Virus record (IMG/VR): IMGVR_UViG_3300020042_005231
Coordinates: 1-24,769 of that record
Length of the DNA: 24,769 nucleotides
Source: a virus
Taxonomy: Duplodnaviria > Caudoviricetes
Direction: 5' to 3' (one strand)
Positions 1-7,970 of the stretch are shown here, piece by piece. The notes under the pieces were generated by a model. It worked only from the letters and a program-made list of their open reading frames with translations. It had not been told where the DNA came from and searched no databases. Made by a program: the position numbers and the translations under genes. Positions within the stretch are counted from its first letter, which is position 1. Each line of letters opens with the position of its first letter.

Positions 1-44
1 TCCCTTATATTAAACTCGTTACGAACAAACCCGATTGCAATCAT
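1..44 (-). CDS. 5' fragment of the next gene (MIAIGFVRNEFNIR...), runs off the window edge
   Basis: ATG at 44-42, one nt after the stop of the upstream ORF; frame stays open to the window edge. Confidence 0.6.
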   Translation of the reverse strand, partial: MIAIGFVRNEFNIR

Positions 45-45
45 T

Positions 46-384
46 TTAGTTGAACCTCCCTTTTAAATCTGCCTTTGAAACGTAAGCACCAAACAGATTA
101 CCAAGTATAACGGGGTTATCTAGGTAGAACATAAGAAAATCATATTCCCCGATTGCGCCTTCTGTTTCGGCTTCTACTTCCTCACCTTGTGCGTTTACAA
201 AGTCCCTGTTAGATGCCGTTAAAATAACCTCCGTAGCCCTTGCCATACGTGTTTCAATCACAGGAGCAACCACGCAAATCATTTTAATTTCCTGTACTCC
301 AAAATCGGCCTCGAATTTTCTAAGTGTTACGATACGCTGAATATCGTAAGTAGGCTCGTTTGAGATATTAAATGTTAGTTCCAT
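46..384 (-). CDS. Hypothetical protein, 112 aa (possibly fibre-associated)
   Basis: ATG 1 nt after the fibre gene stop; co-oriented with the operon. Confidence 0.8.
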   Translation of the reverse strand: MELTFNISNEPTYDIQRIVTLRKFEADFGVQEIKMICVVAPVIETRMARATEVILTASNRDFVNAQGEEVEAETEGAIGEYDFLMFYLDNPVILGNLFGAYVSKADLKGRFN

Positions 385-385
385 G

Positions 386-1762
386 TTATAATTTAACTAA
401 AGTGTATGTAACGCCCCCTAATCTTACTTTTAAATCAGTTCCATCATTCCAAATATCCCCGTTGTTAGGACTTGTCGGAGCAACACCCGAATCTAATCTA
501 AGCGATGCCCGTGTCGTTGTGCTTGCGCCTATGTGAACTAATGAAGTCGGTGCGCTTGCACCTAATCCAAAGCCACTTAATGCGCTAGTAGGTCGTACAC
601 GTATGCCATAATGCGACCCAAGTATAGCGGTTACAGTTGGGTTGTAATCTATTCCTGTAACTACTTGGTTAGCCGTTCCTGTTTGGTTAATAGTTCCAAT
701 AAAAGAAATCCAAGTTATAGAACCCGCTCCAGTTCCAGTCGGTGCATAAGTCCCCTCTACTGAAATTTGACTAAAAATCCCAGAATTGCTAGTCATACTT
801 CCGTTTCTAACAAGCCTCATATTTAAAGCTGCATTGTTTCCCGTCCTAAATTGAATTGCAGTCGAACTTGTTGTTGGTTGTATTATAGGGTTCGTACTTG
901 TGCCTATATTAATAGTTTGAGATTGAATATTTATAGCACCTGTCCCTTTAGTAGCTATATTATAATCAATATTAGCATCTACACCCTGCGCCTCCGTACT
1001 AACAGCCGAACCACTCGCAGCCCCACTAATCCTTAACCCGTTTCGAGTGCTTGCGTTACCAAAATCAAAGCTAGTAAACTCCGAACCAGTAGTTCCGAAA
1101 CCTAAAACAGAAGAGGCGGCACTTATTGCGGTTTTGTAGGTGGTATCTAGGATTTGTAAAGCACTTTCAATGCCCCACGAACCGCCAAGTAATCTACGAT
1201 TCAACCAATCTAAATAGGCAACATTGGAAACTTGAAGTTGCGCTATTTCTGTTTTAATTGAATTGTTGCCCGATACAATAGGGTTGTCAGACATGTCTAA
1301 AGTTCCGAGCATTGTGCCACCAGCAAGGGGAAGGAATGCCAAAGAAGGCGCACCGCTTATTTTACTATACGCTAATGACGTAATCCATGAAGGGTCTGCG
1401 TAACTGCCAGCTAATGCAACGTAAGTTAATGCAGCGCTTACACTCGTTAAGTAAGGACTTAAAGCGGATGCGGTGATAAATCCGCTTGGATTGCTTGCAT
1501 CGTATTTTGCATTTAAAGCATTTTGTAAATCCGTTTGGCTTGATAGCGTTCCCGTAATGCCACCCCATACAGCACCTCCCCCACCTCCAGCAGGATTAAA
1601 GAAAGGTAAACTATTCCAAGCCGTTACGCCATCGCCTATTTTAATGCGCTGGGAATCGCTTGCGAAATCAGTAATAACACCGATTTCACCAAGTGATAAT
1701 ATCGGGTTATTTGTGGAAGCACCTGCTATTGTACCGCTTCTTATTTTTATTCTAGTTGCCAT
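386..1762 (-). CDS. Fibre/whisker protein with N-terminal Mtd_N (hyaluronidase N-terminal-like) domain
   Basis: N-terminal RIKIRSGT..NPILSLGEIG..RIKIGDGVTAWNSLP motif; G6 linker; WGGITGTLSSQTDLQNAL fibre motif; G/S/T-rich beta body; C-terminal APTSPNNGDIW motif. Confidence 0.8.
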   Translation of the reverse strand: MATRIKIRSGTIAGASTNNPILSLGEIGVITDFASDSQRIKIGDGVTAWNSLPFFNPAGGGGGAVWGGITGTLSSQTDLQNALNAKYDASNPSGFITASALSPYLTSVSAALTYVALAGSYADPSWITSLAYSKISGAPSLAFLPLAGGTMLGTLDMSDNPIVSGNNSIKTEIAQLQVSNVAYLDWLNRRLLGGSWGIESALQILDTTYKTAISAASSVLGFGTTGSEFTSFDFGNASTRNGLRISGAASGSAVSTEAQGVDANIDYNIATKGTGAINIQSQTINIGTSTNPIIQPTTSSTAIQFRTGNNAALNMRLVRNGSMTSNSGIFSQISVEGTYAPTGTGAGSITWISFIGTINQTGTANQVVTGIDYNPTVTAILGSHYGIRVRPTSALSGFGLGASAPTSLVHIGASTTTRASLRLDSGVAPTSPNNGDIWNDGTDLKVRLGGVTYTLVKL

Positions 1763-2217
1763 TATAAATTCCCTCCATCAAGTAAACCATTTATGGCCGT
1801 AAATTGACTATCGCCTAAGGCTAAACTGCCTCCATCAATTACCACGATTTCGGGGCAATTAGTTGGCTCGTCTGCATCGGGATAGGTTACACAAACATCT
1901 CCTAAGACATTAACCGTATCAGTTTCTATTAGTGTGCCTAATGCGCTGTCAAGCGTAATTTGATTAACCCCGTAAATACTTAAATCCCATCCACCAACAA
2001 TTAAATTAACTTGCCCCTCTAATTGATTGGCGGTTGCCCCGTTCATTTCTTGTACTTCAAATTCGTAATCTGTGCAACCATAATTTTCTATGGTGCATAA
2101 AACAAATCTTTGAACGCACGTAAAAGAGTTAGTGAATACCAATAACAAGTATAGGTAATCTACTCCATTGCTTTCAACAATGATTTTATTTACACTATTC
2201 TGTCTTATTGTTATCAT
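1762..2217 (-). CDS. Putative neck/head-closure protein, 151 aa
   Basis: Position after portal and adaptor; beta-rich; terminal IDGG/LDGG motifs; TAATG coupling to the fibre gene. Confidence 0.6.
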   Translation of the reverse strand: MITIRQNSVNKIIVESNGVDYLYLLLVFTNSFTCVQRFVLCTIENYGCTDYEFEVQEMNGATANQLEGQVNLIVGGWDLSIYGVNQITLDSALGTLIETDTVNVLGDVCVTYPDADEPTNCPEIVVIDGGSLALGDSQFTAINGLLDGGNL

Positions 2218-2797
2218 GATGATTCAAATAACCTTCAACCGTGCCATCGTATGGGTCGTAAAATCTATCTTTGTAACCTCTGAATTTAGGATTGCCTTTT
2301 CCTATTCCGCTGATTTTAAAAGCGGTTACATTCTTCTTAACGCATCCGCAATTATTCGCCCATGTAGGGTACAAAGTTTTATTATCATCTAGGTATTGAA
2401 TCAAAACCCTTTCATAGTAATCCGCATTACTTGAAGCCTTATCAATAGCGGCACTAATTAAGGCCGTGCTTGATGGGTCACTATCTTGTTCTCTGAAAGT
2501 CCTTGCGCCTGCTGGAGTGATTTTAATATTACTCATTGAAAGGTAATCCGCATAAGACCGAAATACCAAAGCAGGCTTTATATAATCATTTAACAAAGTA
2601 AGGTTAACCCCTGCTATTGTTCCATCGCAGGCCTCCTCGGTTATTTCATTGTAAAAGTCCTCGCAAAGTATTGTCCTTAAATACCTATCCTGTGAAATAG
2701 AAATACTTGGCGTTAATTTCTTAGCGTCAATATTAGTGGATAGGTCAACCTTGTTGACAAAATCCCCTGCGGATATAAGCAAGCATTTACAGGCCAT
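2195..2797 (-). CDS. Putative head-tail adaptor/connector, 200 aa
   Basis: Immediately follows portal; helical pattern (QDRYLRTILCEDFY, LLNDYIKPAL, ADYYERVLIQYL) typical of adaptors in Bacteroidota phages. Confidence 0.65.
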   Translation of the reverse strand: MACKCLLISAGDFVNKVDLSTNIDAKKLTPSISISQDRYLRTILCEDFYNEITEEACDGTIAGVNLTLLNDYIKPALVFRSYADYLSMSNIKITPAGARTFREQDSDPSSTALISAAIDKASSNADYYERVLIQYLDDNKTLYPTWANNCGCVKKNVTAFKISGIGKGNPKFRGYKDRFYDPYDGTVEGYLNHHDNNKTE

Positions 2798-4025
2798 TGG
2801 TTTCCGTGTTTGGCGTAGGCAATAATTCTATATCGTAATTTTGCTCTAAGAATAAACGCTTTTCTTCTCTAGTCAAAGCGTCCATAAAATCAGCAGGAAT
2901 AATACTTACTGGGTTCTTTTTCTTAATCCGTATTTCACCAACTTTATTCATCATTAAAGCATTTAAGCGGTTATACACTTGCTCTAATAATTTGTGAAAC
3001 GGTTCTACTTTGCTATTCATTACTTGAACGGCATTTAATATTTCATTGCTATTTCCTAATTTCCCAGCTACCTGAATGCCCGCTAAGATTGGGTTAACCC
3101 TAAAACCAATCGCAAGGTTATCAATTACTAATTGTTGAAGTGCTATAAACAAATCATGATTTGAATTAGTAGGGAAGGATTGGATTTCAGGGAATTGGTC
3201 TTTCATTTGTGACCAAAGAACCATTACTTTTCCAGCGTTTTCACTTCCTGACAAGTTGTTTTGCATTTGCTCGTCAAACTCTTCGCCAACCGTTCTTTTA
3301 GACCCCTCTTCAATTGCCAGATCAGGGTCACCAACCATTTTAATTAATACAGATAACAGAAAGTTATTATCAATATTACGTTCATGAAATTGGCTAATCT
3401 TAGAATCAATCTTAACCCAGTTTACAGCACTTACCCAGTACGGGTCGGGATACAAACGGCTTAAAGGTTTATCAATAGAAGTGTAAAGCACCTGACCTTT
3501 GTACGCACCTTGCTCTGAAATTATCTGCTCATTAATCTTTGAAGGGTTAAAAACATCAAAGGTTTGAGTAAGGTCTTTCTTTTGTTTGTAGTCAGCAGTA
3601 CCAAAATAGGGATTGTAATAAATATTACTAATGTACCCTAAATCATCGGGTTTTGATAAACGGCAAAACTCAAAAGGCAAATGAAATATTTCAGTAATGT
3701 TTCCAAGTGCATTATATTTAACATTGAGGGCAAAGCCTCCAAACATTGTTATATCTGTTCTGCATAGTGCGTGTATATCGCCCCACGTTTGGCCCTGTGT
3801 GTTTATCTTATGCTCGCTAACATCATCCGCAAGCCCAGCACCGTACACGTATTCGCCAAAGGTTTCTAAGCAAGCGACCCCTGCATTTGATTTATAAATA
3901 CTATCCGCTAAAAGGATAGGGTCATTATCGTAAATACCATACGGCAAATGCTCCTCACTATACCTTTTTTCGGTAATACTAGCAGCCGTTTTCTTGAGTA
4001 AGTTATAGACCTTTATCACAAACAA
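2787..4025 (-). CDS. Portal protein, ~410 aa (start TTG 4025 or more likely GTG 4019)
   Basis: Motifs DITMFGGFALNVKY, EIFHLPFEFCR, YP.PYW, I..FH..NI.N.F, GSENAGK, I..GFRV.PILAG; size fits a portal. Confidence 0.85.
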   Translation of the reverse strand: MFVIKVYNLLKKTAASITEKRYSEEHLPYGIYDNDPILLADSIYKSNAGVACLETFGEYVYGAGLADDVSEHKINTQGQTWGDIHALCRTDITMFGGFALNVKYNALGNITEIFHLPFEFCRLSKPDDLGYISNIYYNPYFGTADYKQKKDLTQTFDVFNPSKINEQIISEQGAYKGQVLYTSIDKPLSRLYPDPYWVSAVNWVKIDSKISQFHERNIDNNFLLSVLIKMVGDPDLAIEEGSKRTVGEEFDEQMQNNLSGSENAGKVMVLWSQMKDQFPEIQSFPTNSNHDLFIALQQLVIDNLAIGFRVNPILAGIQVAGKLGNSNEILNAVQVMNSKVEPFHKLLEQVYNRLNALMMNKVGEIRIKKKNPVSIIPADFMDALTREEKRLFLEQNYDIELLPTPNTETNGL

Positions 4026-4030
4026 TTATA
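4023..4030 (-). promoter_or_regulatory. Putative -7 promoter box TATAATTG directly before the portal GTG
   Basis: Resembles the Bacteroidota TAnnTTTG box; lies at the end of an AT-rich 43-nt gap; no clear -33 TTTG. Confidence 0.4.
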
Positions 4031-4068
4031 CGATTAAATTTGAATATTATTTTAGTTCTAAATTGAAC

Positions 4069-4725
4069 TTAACTATTCAACTGAATAGCCTTTATATCTT
4101 TGTTGTTATCAAGCCAAACACTCATTAACCTTTCAAGTAAAAAAGGGGACATTGGATAATAGGGTAACCCGATTTTACTTAATAAGGTTTCGGCCATTCG
4201 GGCATTCTTTACATAACCGCTATCCCTTAATGCTTCCCTTTTCATTTTGGTATTTAGTATTTGTATCGCAGGAATTAAAGCCCCGTTAACATACATATCC
4301 CAAACCCATTCCTTTGCTATAAAGGCATTTTGATAAACTACAAACCTTGTTTTTCTAGAATCAAACTTAAGGCCTAGTTCTTCGCAAAGGTTCGCCAAAT
4401 CATCTGTAAATCCTTTATGCCAACGCTCTGCATTAGTATAATAGTTTTCCTTTTTATGCACCCCAAAGAACGAATATAAATCTGCGTCTTTAATTTGCTC
4501 TAAGTTTTTATGAGCGTGTTTATTCTTATTCCAAAAAGAGTGACTAAGGATTCCAGTATATTCCGATTCTCCTGTTAGCCCTTCCTTATGCGCATCCACT
4601 AAAACGCTATTCTCAAAATGTATGGTAAGTTTATTATTAAGAAGTGGTAAACATTCAGCATGAATATTTTCATAACTTTTATCATCGTAATAAATTTGAT
4701 AGATTTTAATAAACTCGTTTTGCAT
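4069..4725 (-). CDS. Glycosyltransferase-like protein (DUF4422/GT111-like), paralog of 21915..22586
   Basis: Colinear shared motifs KIYQIYY, FENSV, Y.G.LS, VVY.N.F.A, YV...LIPA, SGY, YP..PF..ER; the family call is inference. Confidence 0.6.
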   Translation of the reverse strand: MQNEFIKIYQIYYDDKSYENIHAECLPLLNNKLTIHFENSVLVDAHKEGLTGESEYTGILSHSFWNKNKHAHKNLEQIKDADLYSFFGVHKKENYYTNAERWHKGFTDDLANLCEELGLKFDSRKTRFVVYQNAFIAKEWVWDMYVNGALIPAIQILNTKMKREALRDSGYVKNARMAETLLSKIGLPYYPMSPFLLERLMSVWLDNNKDIKAIQLNS

Positions 4726-4909
4726 ATCTGCGAATCCACATAAAGTAAAAATTCCTATTGCACCATTTACAAGTAAAGTCCTCGCCCCTCGGATTTAATT
4801 CTTTATACAAATGATAAATCTCAAAAAGCATTGCTAAACCTTCCTCACTTTTAGGCGGGTTACCATTGTCAAGTATGGCTATAATTTCCTTAACTCGTTG
4901 CTCTGTCAT
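4706..4909 (-). CDS. Small CxxC protein, 67 aa
   Basis: ATG after the terminator; TCKWC motif; overlaps the start of the next gene. Confidence 0.7.
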   Translation of the reverse strand: MTEQRVKEIIAILDNGNPPKSEEGLAMLFEIYHLYKELNPRGEDFTCKWCNRNFYFMWIRRYAKRVY

Positions 4910-4923
4910 TAGCTTTAATTTAA

Positions 4924-4952
4924 ATAAAAATAGGGGCTATTAACCCCTATTT
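4924..4952 (-). terminator. Rho-independent terminator after the capsid/tube genes
   Basis: Inverted repeat AAATAGGGG-N7-CCCCTATTT (4928-4952) running into TTTTTATTT on the minus strand. Confidence 0.85.
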
Positions 4953-4974
4953 ATACTTTAGTTTTGCACTATTT

Positions 4975-5517
4975 TTACACTTCGTAAGATTCAAGCAAAG
5001 CAAGCGTAACCGCTGAACTTGTGATAAACACACGCTTTGGTTTATCTCTTTCTTCGCCCATAAATGTCAAAGTATCGGTAGTGTCGGATGCCGATTCTGT
5101 ACCGCTGTTTTGCGTTGCTGCTGACATATCCATACCGTTATCTTTTCCATAAAGGATGAACTCTCCGTTGTTAGTTTGCAAAATCAAACCAACTTGTGCG
5201 GTTGTCAAGTCCTCAATTACTTCGTCATCCGCTGGAGTGGTAGCAAACAATTTCATAATTGCATCATGCTGGAAAAACTTGTTTCCACCTGCTTGGTTTA
5301 CCAATGTGTACCCGCCTGAATGGCTTTTCTTTTGAGATTCAAAAGTAAAAAGACCTTCATAGGTAGGGAATGAAATGGCCGTGATATATCCGTTAACATC
5401 AGTAGTGTAAGACACACCATCAATATTAAACAACCAAGCTCTTTTATTTACGCCGCCGACCCTTCTTAGGTCGGAGCAACTAGCGGTTATACCGCTAGCT
5501 ATTCCGCATACTGCCAT
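4975..5517 (-). CDS. Putative major tail tube protein, 180 aa
   Basis: Co-transcribed with the capsid gene upstream of a strong terminator; N-terminal C.I..GI...C....GG motif; NG....YG..NG and TLTF.GEE beta pattern. Confidence 0.6.
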   Translation of the reverse strand: MAVCGIASGITASCSDLRRVGGVNKRAWLFNIDGVSYTTDVNGYITAISFPTYEGLFTFESQKKSHSGGYTLVNQAGGNKFFQHDAIMKLFATTPADDEVIEDLTTAQVGLILQTNNGEFILYGKDNGMDMSAATQNSGTESASDTTDTLTFMGEERDKPKRVFITSSAVTLALLESYEV

Positions 5518-5536
5518 ATCTTTTCTTTAGTTTAAA

Positions 5537-6526
5537 TTAGTAAGAAATAGCCTGTAAGTCATTCTGCACGTAGTTGTAACCCATACGGTACATACCACGG
5601 ATATAGACTTTCTTATCTTTTTTCTCGTACCAGATTTCCATTTCGCTTTGGTCTTGCGCACGTTCTACACCGATTACATGGTTAGCAGGAGTAGTGTATA
5701 AGATACGGTTTGGAGAACCTAAAGAGAATTCGGTGATAATAGAATCCCATGCGTAGATAGGAACTACTTCAATGCCACGATAGAATGCACGTGGCAAGCC
5801 ATCTTGTACGATTTTCCAACCGCCTTCTGCATTGTTCAAAGTTTCCAATGTAGTAAGGTAGTTTTCAAAGATAGTACCTGTTACAAAGAATTTTTTCTCA
5901 CCTACTGGCATTTGTTTTAATGTGATGTCAGCACCTTCAAACAATAATTTGAAGTAATCCAAAGCACGTTGGTTAGCGGTTTGAGAAAGGTTTGAACCGA
6001 TAGTAGATACACGGTCAACTTCATAAGAAGCAACGCCCGCAATCAAACGAGTCCAAAGACCATCGCATACATTTAGGTTAGTGTTAACGCTGTCAGTATC
6101 TCCAAAAGAGAAGAACTTAAACGCATCACGACGCATACCATCTTTGATTACATTCTCCAAAATAGTTTGGATGCCTGTACCTGTCAAATCAGGTGTGCCG
6201 TTACCAGACTTCAAAAGGTTTTCCATTACGTTACCTTCGAATACGTCGTAACACTGGGAAAGGAAAACTTCAAAAGAACAAGTCTCCAAAGTACGGTTAG
6301 TAATTTGAATGCCTGTACCTGTTTCAGTTGTTCCGCATCCTTGGTCTGCTTTAGTGATGTTCGAAAGCGGTGCAACTAAATTAAGTTGTTGCTTTGATTT
6401 AATGCCCGTTAATACTTTAAAGATTTGAAGTACGTCTGGAGTCATTACGGTTGGTTTGTAGAAAACCTCCGTTGATGTTATACCATCATAGGTATAGTCG
6501 AAATTTGGGGTTAGTGTGTTTGCCAT
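5537..6526 (-). CDS. Major capsid protein, 329 aa
   Basis: Directly follows protease/scaffold; GIKSK, F.GDT....L..CDG, RGIEVV and N..IG motifs and C-terminal YRMG of HK97-fold capsids; codon usage looks like a highly expressed gene. Confidence 0.85.
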   Translation of the reverse strand: MANTLTPNFDYTYDGITSTEVFYKPTVMTPDVLQIFKVLTGIKSKQQLNLVAPLSNITKADQGCGTTETGTGIQITNRTLETCSFEVFLSQCYDVFEGNVMENLLKSGNGTPDLTGTGIQTILENVIKDGMRRDAFKFFSFGDTDSVNTNLNVCDGLWTRLIAGVASYEVDRVSTIGSNLSQTANQRALDYFKLLFEGADITLKQMPVGEKKFFVTGTIFENYLTTLETLNNAEGGWKIVQDGLPRAFYRGIEVVPIYAWDSIITEFSLGSPNRILYTTPANHVIGVERAQDQSEMEIWYEKKDKKVYIRGMYRMGYNYVQNDLQAISY

Positions 6527-6527
6527 T

Positions 6528-7646
6528 TTATTTTACAAGTTTAGATTTTAAGGTTTCAGCGAATGAATCGAACATTGTAATTGTTGGTTCGATTTTGTTT
6601 ACGATTGTTTTGGTTACTACATTAGTAGAAGTTCCGATAGTCATTTTTTCAAGTGCGTTAATTTTATCATTAAGCAAATCAAACTTTTCTGCAACCGCCT
6701 TAACTTCTTCTTCTTTTGCGTTAAGTGCGTTTGTTAGTTCTTCAATCTTTGCTTTCATTTCTTCCTTTTCAGCATCGGCTTCTTCTGCCTTAGGTTCTTC
6801 TTTTGCAAGTTCAACCTCCATTTCGGGTTCCATGATTTCAGTAATTGCACCGCCTTCGGTCTTTACTATTTTACCATCGGCTAATTCGTGGTCACCATCT
6901 GGAGCGGGTTCGTTTGAACCATCTTCTTTAGTGATGAAAACTTTATCGCCTGCTGTAATTTCTCCTTCTACTTGCGTTTCAATATAAACGCCTGTACCAT
7001 CGGATAATGTTAAGTCCATATTCAACGGCTTGCCCGTTAGCTTTGCCTCTACTTTTTCAAGTAGGTTTGCCACTTTGTCAAGAAGTGATTTTTCCATTTT
7101 ATTTATAGTTAAAGTTCCAATTTTTAAAGGGTCAATAAATGCAACTGCTTTTTTAACTATTACAGAATCCGCAAAGCCTAATTCTTTGGCGGTGCTTGCA
7201 TCTAAATAAGTTTCTTTACGCATCAATTCCGCAAGGCTTTCCTCGCTTACCTTTGAACGCTTACGGTATGCGCTTATGATAGTGGATTCTATTTGGTCTA
7301 GTTCATCTGCACCTTTGCGCAAGTCATCCGCATTACCCTCCAAGCCCATCAAAGGTTTATGAATCATAACTTGTGACATTTCATTCATATAGATTTCATC
7401 ACCAGCCATCGCAATAAACGAAGCGATAGAAGCACAAATCCCATCAATGTAAATGATTACCTTACGGCCTGAATTAATCAATAGGTTATAAATCGCATAA
7501 CCCTCGTAAACTTCACCGCCTACGCTATTGATTCGTACGGTTACTTCTTCGCCTTCATTGTTTGCTAAATAGTTAACAACGTCCTCGGCAAGAAACCCAC
7601 GTTTGCCGCCTAATGTACCGATATGAGTGTAAATGAATAAATCCAT
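6528..7646 (-). CDS. ClpP-type head maturation protease fused to an acidic coiled-coil scaffold
   Basis: VRINSVGG, IDGICASIAS (catalytic Ser), MIHKP (His), ETYLDA..A.ELGFAD; C-terminal PAPDGDH..DG repeat-like segment and E/K-rich helix. Confidence 0.92.
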   Translation of the reverse strand: MDLFIYTHIGTLGGKRGFLAEDVVNYLANNEGEEVTVRINSVGGEVYEGYAIYNLLINSGRKVIIYIDGICASIASFIAMAGDEIYMNEMSQVMIHKPLMGLEGNADDLRKGADELDQIESTIISAYRKRSKVSEESLAELMRKETYLDASTAKELGFADSVIVKKAVAFIDPLKIGTLTINKMEKSLLDKVANLLEKVEAKLTGKPLNMDLTLSDGTGVYIETQVEGEITAGDKVFITKEDGSNEPAPDGDHELADGKIVKTEGGAITEIMEPEMEVELAKEEPKAEEADAEKEEMKAKIEELTNALNAKEEEVKAVAEKFDLLNDKINALEKMTIGTSTNVVTKTIVNKIEPTITMFDSFAETLKSKLVK

Positions 7647-7650
7647 TGTA

Positions 7651-7679
7651 CAATAATACGGATATGCACTATTTACAAA
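7651..7679 (-). promoter_or_regulatory. Putative promoter TTTG-N17-TATTATTG, 4 nt upstream of the protease ATG
   Basis: Resembles the Bacteroidota -33/-7 consensus (spacer short); fills the intergenic gap. Confidence 0.5.
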
Positions 7680-7685
7680 GGTTTA

Positions 7686-7970
7686 TTAAATTGAACTTTT
7701 GAGTTCAAATCTAGAATTTATCTTGTAAATGTTTCTAGGTGTCATTCTGAAATGATAAGCGGTATCGTGTACGGCCTGCCTAATGGGGTCTTTAATCCCT
7801 TCAATCCCTTTATACATCGCAAGTGTGGCCACGTAATGCGTATGTATTTCGTGGTGTTGCAACTTCACTATATCAATGTGTCCTTGCATTGACAAGTGTT
7901 TAATTACTTTTTGCGCTTGCTCTTTGGTTATGCTCGAAGCGTTAATTAGTTCTTCTATTAGATACTCCAT
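7686..7970 (-). CDS. Small protein with C-terminal helix-turn-helix (Mor-like)
   Basis: AVHDTAYHFRMTPRNIYKI fits an HTH pattern. Confidence 0.6.
   Translation of the reverse strand: MEYLIEELINASSITKEQAQKVIKHLSMQGHIDIVKLQHHEIHTHYVATLAMYKGIEGIKDPIRQAVHDTAYHFRMTPRNIYKINSRFELKSSI

Noticed and set aside
386-1762. Diversity-generating retroelement target suggested by the Mtd_N domain
   Set aside because: No C-type lectin-like variable C-terminus, template repeat or reverse transcriptase in the window
6167-6987. Plus-strand ORFs of 70 and 178 aa opposite the capsid/protease genes
   Set aside because: Antisense shadows fully overlapping well-supported genes
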